Below are positions 28,257-37,463 of a DNA stretch of 64,000 nucleotides, one piece after another (positions within the stretch are counted from its first letter, which is position 1; each line of letters opens with the position of its first letter). Made by a program: the position numbers and the translations under genes. The stretch is from an uncultured Gammaproteobacteria bacterium (GTDB taxonomy: Bacteria > Pseudomonadota > Gammaproteobacteria > Steroidobacterales > Rariloculaceae). The DNA lies in the NCBI GenBank assembly GCA_964384125.1, contig CAYLKA010000002.1, positions 657 to 64,656 on the forward strand, in the 5' to 3' direction. Below the pieces are notes generated by a model. That model ran no database searches. It was not told the DNA's origin and worked only from the letters and a program-made list of their open reading frames with translations.

Positions 28257-28812
28257 AGAGATCGTTTCTAACGCCAACGATGAGCTTATCTTGGTGGATG
28301 AGCTGGATCGTGAGATTGGCAGCCGGGTGAAGAGTGAGTGTCACAAGGGCAACGGAGTACTGCACCGTGCGTTTTCCATTTTCACCTTTAACAAACAGAA
28401 TCAGCTGTTGCTCCAAAAACGAAGCTCGGAGAAGTCTCTTTGGCCTGATTACTGGTCGAACACCTGTTGTTCTCACCCCAGAGTTGGGGAGTCTATGGAA
28501 CGCGCCGTATCCAGGCGCCTCCAACAGGAGCTCGGGTTTGAATGCCCTCTAACGTTGCTTTACAAGTTCAAGTATCACGCCCAATACGGAACCGTCGGAG
28601 CCGAACACGAGTATTGCTGGGTGTACTATGGTCGATACGACGGCACGGTAAACGTCAATCTGAACGAAGTGGCTGATTGGCGGTTTGTGGGTATCGACGA
28701 ACTCGGAGCTGAGCTTGACGCGTGTCCGGAAAGTTACACGCCATGGTTCAAGATGGAATGGGCTGAGATCAGTAATAATTATCTCGAGAACATTCTCGAG
28801 TCTGAAAATTAA
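28246..28812 (+). CDS. idi: Isopentenyl-diphosphate delta-isomerase, type 1 (Nudix)
   Basis: HRAFSIFTFN....LLLQKRS..K..WPDYWSNTCCSHP..GES ... E.EYCWVY match type 1 IDI catalytic regions. Start set at ATG 28246, overlapping the upstream gene by 11 nt. Confidence 0.85.
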   Translation: MARREIVSNANDELILVDELDREIGSRVKSECHKGNGVLHRAFSIFTFNKQNQLLLQKRSSEKSLWPDYWSNTCCSHPRVGESMERAVSRRLQQELGFECPLTLLYKFKYHAQYGTVGAEHEYCWVYYGRYDGTVNVNLNEVADWRFVGIDELGAELDACPESYTPWFKMEWAEISNNYLENILESEN

Positions 28813-28955
28813 TAAAACACATCAGCGCTGATGGTTCCGCAGAGGACCTAACCGCCTAGTTCGAACACCAGATCAAAGATTCCCTGGGCCTCACGGCGTT
28901 ATAGAGTGATATGCCTCTTTTTTCGTGACTCGCGAAGAGGAGGGGTGTCCACATG

Positions 28956-30419
28956 CTAGCGGACGAAGCGATAGTATTCGATACCCTCGTCGCTAAAGCT
29001 GGGGTTGGCGCTTTTTCCCACAGAGTCGATCACGAAACCGTCCTCGGGACTTATGAGGTCGTCGGCTTCGCCCGTGTCGTGGAGACTCTCGTACTGGGCC
29101 TGGCTAAGTGTTTGATACGGTTCGAGCGCATCCTTGAAACCAATGCGGGATGCAGCCGTTTCCCAGCCGTCAACGAGTTTCATCGGAATGGCTTCGGCCG
29201 CGTCACCGCTTCCGTAGCCGACTGCGAGAATATTTCGGCTGGAGAGCTCACAGTTATTCTCGACGGCTTCCTCCAGGCCCGCAGCTATCCAGGCCGGGAG
29301 AGCGGCGCAATAGACGTTGCCGATATCTTTCATGGGCTCGGAACCCAGGGACATCTTTGATGCCACGAGTTCTTTGAACACCTCACTGTTCCGGAACTCT
29401 TTCAACAGGGAGATGCTCAAAGGATAGACATCGTCATCGATATTGCCGTCCCGCACGAGCTGTAAGACATCGGGTGTGGAACTCATTTCTCGGAGTACGG
29501 CTTCGGCGTCCAGGTTCGCTTGCCGGCAATGGGCTTCGAGTTCCGCACGGCCCGAAGCGCCGTTGTTGGCGAGTCCGAACAAATAGCTCATCGCGAAAGA
29601 GCTGAGCGGCATCCTGTGATACGGTCGGTGCATGAACGCCGCGCCGAGACTGTGATAATAGTCGGCGGGATCTACCTGTAGACGGCGCAACATCTCGTTA
29701 AGCGCATGCAGCGTTTCGTCCAGATAGCATGTCGTCGAGTACTTGCCGTTGTACACAGGCAGGTCCTGGAAATGGCAATTCAGGGTGCCGCGAATGATGT
29801 TGCGCAGGACTGGTTTGCGAAAGTCGACGGCGCGGTAGTCTGATGCGCTGCCAATGGACTTGAGATCGACCGACAACAGCTTTGGATCGCGTTCCAGTAA
29901 CATCGCAACCGCGCCCGCGCCCTGCGTCGGCTCACCGGAACTACCGCGCGCGTATTCCGCGATATCTGCGCTGACGACGATGGCACAGCGATCCTCGTCC
30001 TCGAGTGCGAGATAACGAAGCCCATGCTTGACCGCATAAATTCCGCCCAGACATGCGTGCTTTACCTCCGGTACTTCACAGTGTCGGCCTATGGGCGGCA
30101 AGCCCTGGATCTTGAGCCCTTCGTTCAGCATGCCCTTAACGATCACGGCACCGGCAGAGTTGTCGGTACTGGATTCGGTGCCGAGGCCGAGAAACCCGAC
30201 CCGTTGTGGATCGATGTCATAACGTTCGATGAGGCGCATGACTGCAGTTGCCGCCATGGTGTACACACTCTGATGGGGGCCGCGCATGCGAAAGCTGCGG
30301 CCGATGACTGCGTTGGTCTTATCCCAGGGCGATTCGGTCCACTCGCACCAATCTTTCAGAGACACTCGATAGGGGGGCACGTGGACAGCTAACCCGCTGA
30401 TCCCGAGCCGTTTTTTCAT
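28956..30419 (-). CDS. Hydroxymethylglutaryl-CoA synthase family protein (long form, 487 aa)
   Basis: Thiolase-fold initiation-enzyme pattern: GLGTESSTDNSAG (catalytic Glu region), VKHACLGGIYA (active-site Cys), FMHRPYHRM (His) and GYGSGDAAE near the C-terminal part of the core. Start set at ATG 30419 (MKKRLGISG). Confidence 0.75.
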   Translation of the reverse strand: MKKRLGISGLAVHVPPYRVSLKDWCEWTESPWDKTNAVIGRSFRMRGPHQSVYTMAATAVMRLIERYDIDPQRVGFLGLGTESSTDNSAGAVIVKGMLNEGLKIQGLPPIGRHCEVPEVKHACLGGIYAVKHGLRYLALEDEDRCAIVVSADIAEYARGSSGEPTQGAGAVAMLLERDPKLLSVDLKSIGSASDYRAVDFRKPVLRNIIRGTLNCHFQDLPVYNGKYSTTCYLDETLHALNEMLRRLQVDPADYYHSLGAAFMHRPYHRMPLSSFAMSYLFGLANNGASGRAELEAHCRQANLDAEAVLREMSSTPDVLQLVRDGNIDDDVYPLSISLLKEFRNSEVFKELVASKMSLGSEPMKDIGNVYCAALPAWIAAGLEEAVENNCELSSRNILAVGYGSGDAAEAIPMKLVDGWETAASRIGFKDALEPYQTLSQAQYESLHDTGEADDLISPEDGFVIDSVGKSANPSFSDEGIEYYRFVR

Positions 30420-30620
30420 GCAAAGCACCTCAGCCTGCTGTTCTTCGCCCGAAGGGGCCCGGCCCCACCCCTAGGGGATCGTGGCGATTATATGACAACG
30501 GTTTGGGAATCACCTCTTTAAGCCGAGAAAGCGACCCGTGACCCGGAAGAAACACTGTCAGTCAGTTCAGTTAGGTGATGGATGGGATAAGATTCGCACG
30601 ATTCTACTATTGGACCCCCA

Positions 30621-30998
30621 ATGAAGCTGCGTATCCGCGGAAATACCGTTCGTATCAGAGTGTCCCAAAACGAGATGAACGAAATCTCAAGTGTGGGTCT
30701 CACGCAAGATTCTGCGGAATTCGGACCTGGCTCGCGACTGAGCTATCGGGTGGAAGTGGTATCGCAGGGCCCAATTTCGGCCTCCTACACAGAGGACTGC
30801 ATAAACGTGAAACTTCCGCGGGATGCTGTCGACCAATGGCAGAGCCCGGACGAAGTTTCTATCGTGGGCGAGCAGTCGCTGGACGATGGGGGGCGGCTCA
30901 AGATTCTGGTAGAGAAGGATTTCGTCTGTTTGGCGCCTCGCGAAGGGGAAGAGGATGAGGCGGATATGTTCCCCAACCCCCGGCGTGGGGATCTCTGA
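30621..30998 (+). CDS. Conserved hypothetical protein (MKLRIRGN..R.R family, possibly DUF7009)
   Basis: 125-aa ORF with the characteristic start MKLRIRGNTVRIRVSQNEM and an acidic tail. The family name is from memory only. Confidence 0.5.
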   Translation: MKLRIRGNTVRIRVSQNEMNEISSVGLTQDSAEFGPGSRLSYRVEVVSQGPISASYTEDCINVKLPRDAVDQWQSPDEVSIVGEQSLDDGGRLKILVEKDFVCLAPREGEEDEADMFPNPRRGDL

Positions 30999-31123
30999 TG
31001 CCGTGGCGTGCACCAGGGATAGTTCAACACTCTGTTTTAGGTCGATTTTTTAAGAATTCCGGCTGCTTGAGCACGCTCGACTGTTAGAATACCCGCTTTC
31101 TGCTGATGCTTCGGGGATGAGAG

Positions 31124-31606
31124 TTGAGTAATAAATCGTCCGGCAATGGCGGCGCTGCGAGTGAGGCGCTGATCCGGGAAATCGCCACTAGACACGCCTC
31201 CCTTCCGGGGCCGTTGTTACTGATCCTGCATGCTATCCAGGATGAGCTGGGTTTCGTCCCTAAAGACGCGGTGCCCGTCGTGGCCGAGGTCCTAAACGTA
31301 TCGAGGGCTGAGGTTCATGGGGTGATTAGCTTTTACCATCTGCTGAGGGACACGCCTCCTGGGCGCCACACCCTCTATCTCTGCCGAGCCGAAGCGTGCC
31401 AGGCCATGGGTGCGCGGACCCTGGAGCGTCACGCGAAGGAGAAGCTCGGCGTTGATTACCATGAGACCACGGAGGATGGGCGCTATAGCCTTGAACCGGT
31501 TTTCTGTCTCGGAAATTGTGCCTGTTCCCCGGCCATCATGATCGACGACTTCGTCTATGGTCGGGTAACCCCAGAGCGGTTCGACGAGTTGTTAGAGGTG
31601 ACTTGA
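31124..31606 (+). CDS. fdsG: NAD-dependent formate dehydrogenase gamma subunit (NuoE-like 2Fe-2S)
   Basis: NuoE/HoxE-type pattern ([45 protein letters not shown]). TTG start at 31124. It is the first gene of the fds cluster. Confidence 0.85.
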   Translation: MSNKSSGNGGAASEALIREIATRHASLPGPLLLILHAIQDELGFVPKDAVPVVAEVLNVSRAEVHGVISFYHLLRDTPPGRHTLYLCRAEACQAMGARTLERHAKEKLGVDYHETTEDGRYSLEPVFCLGNCACSPAIMIDDFVYGRVTPERFDELLEVT

Positions 31607-31609
31607 CCG

Positions 31610-33157
31610 GTGGCGAATCGCGGCGAAATCAGGGTTTTTGTTCCCAGGGATACGACGGCTCGTTCCCTGGGGGCAGACGATGTGGCTCAGGCGATTGCCG
31701 GGACGGCGACCGATCGCGGGAAGTCTGTAGCTTTGGTCCGTAGCGGTTCCCGGGGACTCTACTGGCTGGAGCCTCTGGTGGAGGTTGAAGTTGATGGGGT
31801 CCGTCACGCATACGGCCCCATCGGGCCCGGTGACGTGGAAGGACTCTTCGACGCAGGATTTCTGACCGCTGGCGATCACGCTAGTGCGTTGGGCCCAACC
31901 GAGCAGATTCCTTACCTTGCGCGGCAGAGCCGCCTGACATTTGCTCGGGTCGGAATAACCGATCCTGTGTCGCTCGAGGACTACCAGGCGCATGGCGGCT
32001 ATGAGGGGCTCGCGAAGGCGGTGGAGCTAGACGGAGCTCAGATCGTGGATATCGTAACTGAGTCCGGACTCCGTGGCAGGGGTGGCGCCGCGTTCCCCAC
32101 GGGAATTAAGTGGCGCACCGTTTTGGGCGCTGAGGGAACACAGAAATACGTCACCTGTAATGCTGATGAGGGCGATTCCGGCACGTTCGCGGACCGGATG
32201 ATCATGGAAAGCGACCCTTTCGTGCTCATTGAGGGCATGACCATCGCCGGACTTGCAGTCGGCGCCACCGAAGGCTACGTGTATCTTCGCACCGAGTATC
32301 CACTGGCCATCGAGATCATGAACGAGGCGATTAGGAGCGCCGAGTCGGCTGGGCTGCTGGGCGAGAATGTGATGGACAGCGGCCAGGCTTTTCGCCTCGA
32401 GGTTCGTGAAGCGGCGGGGGCGTATATCTGCGGCGAGGAGACCTCCATGCTGGAGAGTCTGGAGGGCAAGCGGGGCATAATCCGATACCGCCCTCCGCTG
32501 CCTGCGATAAAAGGTCTATTCGGGGCGCCGACGATAGTAAATAACGTTATTACCCTCGCCTCGGTGCCCATTATTTTGGCGCGGGGCTCTAAGTATTATC
32601 AGGATTATGGGACGGGTCGCTCCAGGGGGACGCTGACGGTCCAGCTTGCGGGTAATATCAAGCGGGGCGGTCTCGTGGAGATTGGTTTTGGTACAACGCT
32701 TCGTGAACTCTTGGAGGATTTCGGCGGCGGAAGTGCTACTGGCAGGCCCATCCGGGCGGTTCAGGCCGGCGGTCCGCTAGGTGCCTACGTTCACCCCTCG
32801 CAGTTTGATACCCCCCTGGACTATGAAGCGTTCGCTGAGTTTGGGGGCATGATTGGGCACGGCGGGCTAGTCGTCTTCGATGACACGGTGGATCTGGGTG
32901 AGCAGGCCCGCTTCGCAATGGAATTCTGTGCTATCGAGTCTTGCGGGAAATGTACGCCCTGCCGGATCGGCGCAGTTCGGGGCGTGGAGGTCATCGACAA
33001 GATACTCAGCGGTGTCGATGAGGCCGGCAACTTGGTATTGTTACGGGAGCTGTGCGACACCATGGTCGCAGGCTCGCTGTGCGCGTTGGGCGGGATGGCC
33101 CCGTTCCCCGTGTTGAGCGTTTTGGATCACTTCTCCGAAGATCTGCGGGCGCGCTGA
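31610..33157 (+). CDS. fdsB: NAD-dependent formate dehydrogenase beta subunit (NuoF-like, FMN/NAD/4Fe-4S)
   Basis: GLRGRGGAAFPTGIKW, CNADEGDSGTF, ESCGKCTPCR. The GTG start lies 3 nt after the fdsG stop. Confidence 0.9.
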   Translation: MANRGEIRVFVPRDTTARSLGADDVAQAIAGTATDRGKSVALVRSGSRGLYWLEPLVEVEVDGVRHAYGPIGPGDVEGLFDAGFLTAGDHASALGPTEQIPYLARQSRLTFARVGITDPVSLEDYQAHGGYEGLAKAVELDGAQIVDIVTESGLRGRGGAAFPTGIKWRTVLGAEGTQKYVTCNADEGDSGTFADRMIMESDPFVLIEGMTIAGLAVGATEGYVYLRTEYPLAIEIMNEAIRSAESAGLLGENVMDSGQAFRLEVREAAGAYICGEETSMLESLEGKRGIIRYRPPLPAIKGLFGAPTIVNNVITLASVPIILARGSKYYQDYGTGRSRGTLTVQLAGNIKRGGLVEIGFGTTLRELLEDFGGGSATGRPIRAVQAGGPLGAYVHPSQFDTPLDYEAFAEFGGMIGHGGLVVFDDTVDLGEQARFAMEFCAIESCGKCTPCRIGAVRGVEVIDKILSGVDEAGNLVLLRELCDTMVAGSLCALGGMAPFPVLSVLDHFSEDLRAR

Positions 33158-33189
33158 TCTCGATGAGGGGGAGGAGATGGAGCTAAGTC

Positions 33190-36060
33190 ATGTATGACAC
33201 TTACACAGGCTACCGGCGACCCGACGACATGGGAACCCCCGTGGTTGAGTCGACGAGCACAGTCACGCTTGTGATCGATGGTAAAGAGGTCACGGTGCCA
33301 GAAGGCACCACGGTCATCCGGGCAGCGGCGTTGGCCGGGATCAATATTCCGAAGCTTTGCGCGACCGACAGTCTGGAGCCTTTTGGTTCGTGCCGGTTAT
33401 GCCTCGTGGAAATAGAGGGCGCAAAGGGGCTCCCGGCATCCTGCACCACTGAGGCTCGGGAAGGTATGAGGGTTACGACTCAGAATGACAGGGTGGCCGA
33501 CGTTCGCCGCAACGTCATGGAGCTCTATATTTCCGATCATCCATTAGATTGTCTGACCTGTCCTACAAACGGTGATTGCGAGCTTCAGGACATGGCCGGA
33601 GCCGTCGGTTTGCGGGATGTTCGTTACGGTTACGCGGGCGAGAATCACCTGGATGCGGAAAAAGATGAAAGTAATCCGTACTTTACCTTTGATCCGAGCA
33701 AGTGCATCGTCTGCTCTAGGTGTGTACGTGCGTGTGAGGAAGTCCAAGGGACGTACGCCCTCACCATAGATGGTCGCGGCTTCGACTCGAAGGTGGCTGC
33801 AAGCCAGGATCAGCCGTTTCTGGATTCCGAGTGTGTGTCCTGTGGCGCGTGCGTGCAGGCGTGTCCTACGGCAACCCTCACCGAGAAATCATTGATCAAA
33901 AAGGGCCAGCCTGAGCACACGGTCGTTACCACGTGCGGTTATTGTGGGGTTGGCTGCTCGTTCCGTGCCGAGATGAAGGGTGAGGAAGTTGTGCGCATGG
34001 TCCCGAACAAGGACGGCAAGGCGAATCACGGCCACTCATGCGTGAAAGGTCGTTTCGCTTTCGGCTACGCGAGTCATAAGGACCGTATAACTACGCCGAT
34101 GATTCGAGAATCGATCCATGATCCCTGGCAAGAGGTTTCGTGGGAAGAGGCTGTAGAGTTCGCGGCGAGCAAATTGAAGGGCATCCAGGCTGAGTACGGG
34201 CCGGATTCCATCGGGGGAATTACCTCGTCTCGCTGTTCCAACGAGGAAACGTATCTGGTACAGAAGATGGTGCGTGCTGGGTTCGGGAACAACAACGTGG
34301 ATACCTGCGCGCGAGTCTGTCATTCGCCAACGGGTTACGGTCTAAAGTCGACACTAGGCGAGTCCGCGGGGACGCAGTCCTTCGACTCAGTGCTGAAATC
34401 TGACGCGATCATGGTCATCGGCGCAAATCCCACAGAAGCCCATCCGGTATTCGGATCGCAAATGAAGCGCCGCTTGAGGGAAGGGGCATCCCTAATCGTC
34501 CTCGATCCTCGTAGTATCGATCTGGTGCGTTCACCGCATGTTCAAGCCGACTACCACCTGCAACTTAAGCCAGGTACGAATGTGGCGATCATCAATGCGA
34601 TCGCTCATGTGGTGCTCTCCGAGGGCTTGGAAGCCAAGACCTATATAGACAATCGCTGCGAGGCGGATGCTTATGAGGATTGGCGCAGCTTCATCCTGGA
34701 TGAGGTGAATTCGCCCGAGAGCATGGAATCTGTGACCGGGGTACCCGCAGAGAAAATTCGCGGAGCGGCGCGACTATTTGCAAACGCGCCTAATGGCGCA
34801 ATTTATTACGGCCTAGGCGTCTCCGAGCACAGCCAGGGTTCCACGATGGTTATGGGTATAGCCAATCTTGCTATGGCCACCGGAAACCTAGGGCGCGAGG
34901 GCGTTGGAGTCAATCCTCTGCGTGGCCAAAACAACGTGCAGGGGGCATGCGACATGGGCTCGTTTCCCCATGAGCTTCCAGGCTATCGACACGTCTCCGA
35001 TGCGAATACCCGAACATTGTTCGAGAAGGAGTGGGGAAGGACGATCGCACCCAATCCCGGATTCCGTATTCCCAACATGTTTGATGCTGCTGTTGCGGGT
35101 CAGTTCAGGGGGATCTACGTGCAGGGCGAGGATATGGCGCAGTCGGATCCCGATACGCATCATGTGACCGCAGCACTTTCCTCAATGGATTGCGTGATCG
35201 TTCAGGATCTATTTCTGAACGAGACGGCGAAGTTCGCCCACGTATTCCTGCCGGGGTCTTCGTTCCTGGAGAAAAACGGCACGTTTACGAATGCGGAACG
35301 TCGAATTTCACCGGTGCGCAAGGTCATGGAGCCGTTGGCTGGATACGAAGATTGGGAGGTGACGCAACTGCTCTCCAATGCGATGGGTTACCCAATGAAC
35401 TACGGTCACGCGAGCGAGATCATGGACGAGATCGCGCGGCTGACGCCGACATTCGAAGGTGTGAGCTTCGAGAAGCTTGATCGACTCGGCACGATTCAAT
35501 GGCCGTGCAACGATCAGGCCGTGGGGGGTACACCCACGATGCACGTCGATGAGTTCGTGCGGGGTAAGGGCTTGTTCCGCCTAACGCCCTATGTGGAAAC
35601 AGACGAGCGTACGACGCGCAAGTACCCCTTGTTGCTCACCACCGGCCGAATACTGAGCCAGTACAACGTGGGCGCTCAGACGCGGCGAACCGAGAACATG
35701 CAATGGCATGATGAGGACATTGTTGAGATTCACCCCCACGATGCCGAGCAGCGAGGTATCGAACACGGTGACTGGGTTGGTCTCAAGAGCAGAGCGGGCG
35801 ACACGGTTCTCCGTGCAGATGTGACCGAGCGGGTCCAGCCGGGTGTTGTCTACACGACCTTCCACCATCCGGAGTCCGGTGCCAACGTCGTGACCACGGA
35901 TAACTCGGATTGGGCAACTAATTGTCCAGAGTACAAGGTAACTGCCGTCCAGGCTCACAAGGTGACTCAGTTGTCCGATTGGCAGCAGGAATTCGAGGAG
36001 TTCACAGAGGAGCAACTCGACCTTTTGGAACGAGCTAAGCCGCCCGCCCGAGTCACCTGA
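33190..36060 (+). CDS. fdsA: NAD-dependent formate dehydrogenase alpha subunit (molybdopterin, Cys-type)
   Basis: NuoG-like N-terminus with 2Fe-2S/4Fe-4S cysteine clusters, a MopB domain (TTCGYCGVGC, HGHSCVKGRF) and the active-site region CARVCHSPT with Cys rather than an in-frame TGA. Confidence 0.9.
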   Translation: MYDTYTGYRRPDDMGTPVVESTSTVTLVIDGKEVTVPEGTTVIRAAALAGINIPKLCATDSLEPFGSCRLCLVEIEGAKGLPASCTTEAREGMRVTTQNDRVADVRRNVMELYISDHPLDCLTCPTNGDCELQDMAGAVGLRDVRYGYAGENHLDAEKDESNPYFTFDPSKCIVCSRCVRACEEVQGTYALTIDGRGFDSKVAASQDQPFLDSECVSCGACVQACPTATLTEKSLIKKGQPEHTVVTTCGYCGVGCSFRAEMKGEEVVRMVPNKDGKANHGHSCVKGRFAFGYASHKDRITTPMIRESIHDPWQEVSWEEAVEFAASKLKGIQAEYGPDSIGGITSSRCSNEETYLVQKMVRAGFGNNNVDTCARVCHSPTGYGLKSTLGESAGTQSFDSVLKSDAIMVIGANPTEAHPVFGSQMKRRLREGASLIVLDPRSIDLVRSPHVQADYHLQLKPGTNVAIINAIAHVVLSEGLEAKTYIDNRCEADAYEDWRSFILDEVNSPESMESVTGVPAEKIRGAARLFANAPNGAIYYGLGVSEHSQGSTMVMGIANLAMATGNLGREGVGVNPLRGQNNVQGACDMGSFPHELPGYRHVSDANTRTLFEKEWGRTIAPNPGFRIPNMFDAAVAGQFRGIYVQGEDMAQSDPDTHHVTAALSSMDCVIVQDLFLNETAKFAHVFLPGSSFLEKNGTFTNAERRISPVRKVMEPLAGYEDWEVTQLLSNAMGYPMNYGHASEIMDEIARLTPTFEGVSFEKLDRLGTIQWPCNDQAVGGTPTMHVDEFVRGKGLFRLTPYVETDERTTRKYPLLLTTGRILSQYNVGAQTRRTENMQWHDEDIVEIHPHDAEQRGIEHGDWVGLKSRAGDTVLRADVTERVQPGVVYTTFHHPESGANVVTTDNSDWATNCPEYKVTAVQAHKVTQLSDWQQEFEEFTEEQLDLLERAKPPARVT

Positions 36061-36072
36061 CGCGTACGCACT

Positions 36073-36303
36073 ATGGAAGCGACTAAACTGGTCCGAATGG
36101 CCAACCAGATCTCGGTCAATTGGGATTACGGATCCGATAAGGCAAAGGCCGTTGCTGGTGTCGTCGATCACCTGCGCCGTTTCTGGAACCCTCTTATGTT
36201 GGACGAGCTTGCCGAGCACATTGCGGTGGGCGATGCTGAGCTGTCCCCAATAGCGGAGCAGGCACTCAATGAGCTTATTGAAGAGCGGCGCGCCGCAAGC
36301 TAG
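36073..36303 (+). CDS. fdsD: Formate dehydrogenase delta subunit
   Basis: 76-aa ORF with LVRMANQI....... and VVDHLRRFWNPLM, the FdsD signature. Confidence 0.8.
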   Translation: MEATKLVRMANQISVNWDYGSDKAKAVAGVVDHLRRFWNPLMLDELAEHIAVGDAELSPIAEQALNELIEERRAAS

Positions 36304-36311
36304 GGGATAAG

Positions 36312-37463
36312 ATGAGCCGAGCACTCGACCGCTGCTATAACATTGCTCGCCTGCGGGAGCGGGCCTCCAAACGGCTACCCGCCCCTATGTTCCATTATAT
36401 CGACGGCGCTGCTGGCGACGAGTGGACCATGCGTCAGAACACCGACGCGTTTGATCGTTACGAGTTGGTCCCTCGGTTTCTGGTCGACGTCAGTGAGATT
36501 GATCTCTCCACAACTGTTTTTGGTCAAAAGATTGACATGCCCTTTTTCTGTGCACCGACTGCGATGTCGCGGCTTTTCCATCATGCGGGGGAGGCCGCTG
36601 TGGCTCGGGCAGCGAACCGGGCGGGGACCATGTATTCGCTTTCGTCGATCTCGACGGCCAGTATCGAGGAGGCCGCCGAGGCGACTGACGGCCCCAAGCT
36701 TTTTCAGGTCTACGTTTTCAAGGACCGTGGCCTCAATCGCGAGTTTATTCAGCGCTGCAAGGCCTCTGGGTACGATGCGTTGGCTCTGACCGTCGATGTA
36801 CCAGTGGCCGGAAATCGTGAGCGCGACCTCGTGACCGGCATGACAATACCGCCAAAATTGACTTTGGCGAGCCTTTTCAGTTTCGCAACGCACCCTCGGT
36901 GGGTTTGGAATTACTTCACGAACCCGCCGATCGAGCTAGCGAACGTCCGAGATAGGATCAAGGGTGATGTCACAACGTTGGTGAGTTTCTTCAATGATGA
37001 ATTGGATCGCACTGTCAGCTGGGATGATGCGGCTTGGATGATCGAGGAGTGGGGTGGCCCGTTCGCGATCAAGGGGATTCTTTCGGTCGAGGACGCTCTT
37101 CGGGCGGCCGAGGTTGGTGCGAGCGCGGTCATGGTGTCCAATCATGGCGGCCGCCAGCTCGATTCCTCTCCGGCGCCGATCGAAGTTCTGCCGGAGATTG
37201 TCGATGCTGTCGGGGACCGGATGGAGGTTATTCTCGAGGGCGGTGTGCGGCGTGGAGTGCACGTTCTGAAAGCCCTCGCATTGGGCGCGACCGCATGTTC
37301 CGCAGGCCGACCGTATCTGTTCGGGCTGGGTGCTGGTGGTGAGGCTGGTGTGGATCGAGCACTGGAAATCCTCCGAACTGATATCGAGCGTGATATACGA
37401 ATACTTGGCTGTCGCAACGTAGGGGAGGTCGACGCCAATCGAATACGACGGGTCCAGGAGTGA
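36312..37463 (+). CDS. FMN-dependent alpha-hydroxy-acid dehydrogenase/oxidase (LldD / glycolate oxidase family)
   Basis: LPAPMFHYIDGAAGDE.T...N, LFQVYVFKDR, ALTVDVPVAGNRERD, VSNHGGRQLD, GGVRRG. It starts 8 nt after the fdsD stop, and its TGA overlaps the fdhD GTG start (GTGA at 37460-37463). Confidence 0.85.
   Translation: MSRALDRCYNIARLRERASKRLPAPMFHYIDGAAGDEWTMRQNTDAFDRYELVPRFLVDVSEIDLSTTVFGQKIDMPFFCAPTAMSRLFHHAGEAAVARAANRAGTMYSLSSISTASIEEAAEATDGPKLFQVYVFKDRGLNREFIQRCKASGYDALALTVDVPVAGNRERDLVTGMTIPPKLTLASLFSFATHPRWVWNYFTNPPIELANVRDRIKGDVTTLVSFFNDELDRTVSWDDAAWMIEEWGGPFAIKGILSVEDALRAAEVGASAVMVSNHGGRQLDSSPAPIEVLPEIVDAVGDRMEVILEGGVRRGVHVLKALALGATACSAGRPYLFGLGAGGEAGVDRALEILRTDIERDIRILGCRNVGEVDANRIRRVQE

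Noticed and set aside
28820-28833. The perfect palindrome CATCAGCGCTGATG right after the idi stop, and the CCTCTT...AAGAGG element at about 28910-28945, considered as terminators for the convergent idi and HMGS genes.
   Set aside because: The loops are too small or the stems too irregular, and no U-tract follows in the right orientation. This is not strong enough to annotate.
34318-34320. Selenocysteine recoding in the formate dehydrogenase alpha subunit.
   Set aside because: The active-site position is a TGT cysteine codon (CARVCHSPT), and the 956-codon frame has no internal TGA.
35581-36324. Long antisense ORFs opposite real genes. Examples are 35581..36324 (247 aa), 41851..42549 (232 aa), 43762..44421 (219 aa), 11735..12397 (220 aa), 2354..3116 (200-210 aa), 14673..15242, 25590..26105 and 36375..37481.
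   Set aside because: Each lies entirely opposite a gene with an unmistakable family signature. Their translations are Arg/Pro/Ser-rich low-complexity strings typical of shadow ORFs in GC-rich DNA, and they lack plausible ribosome-binding sites.
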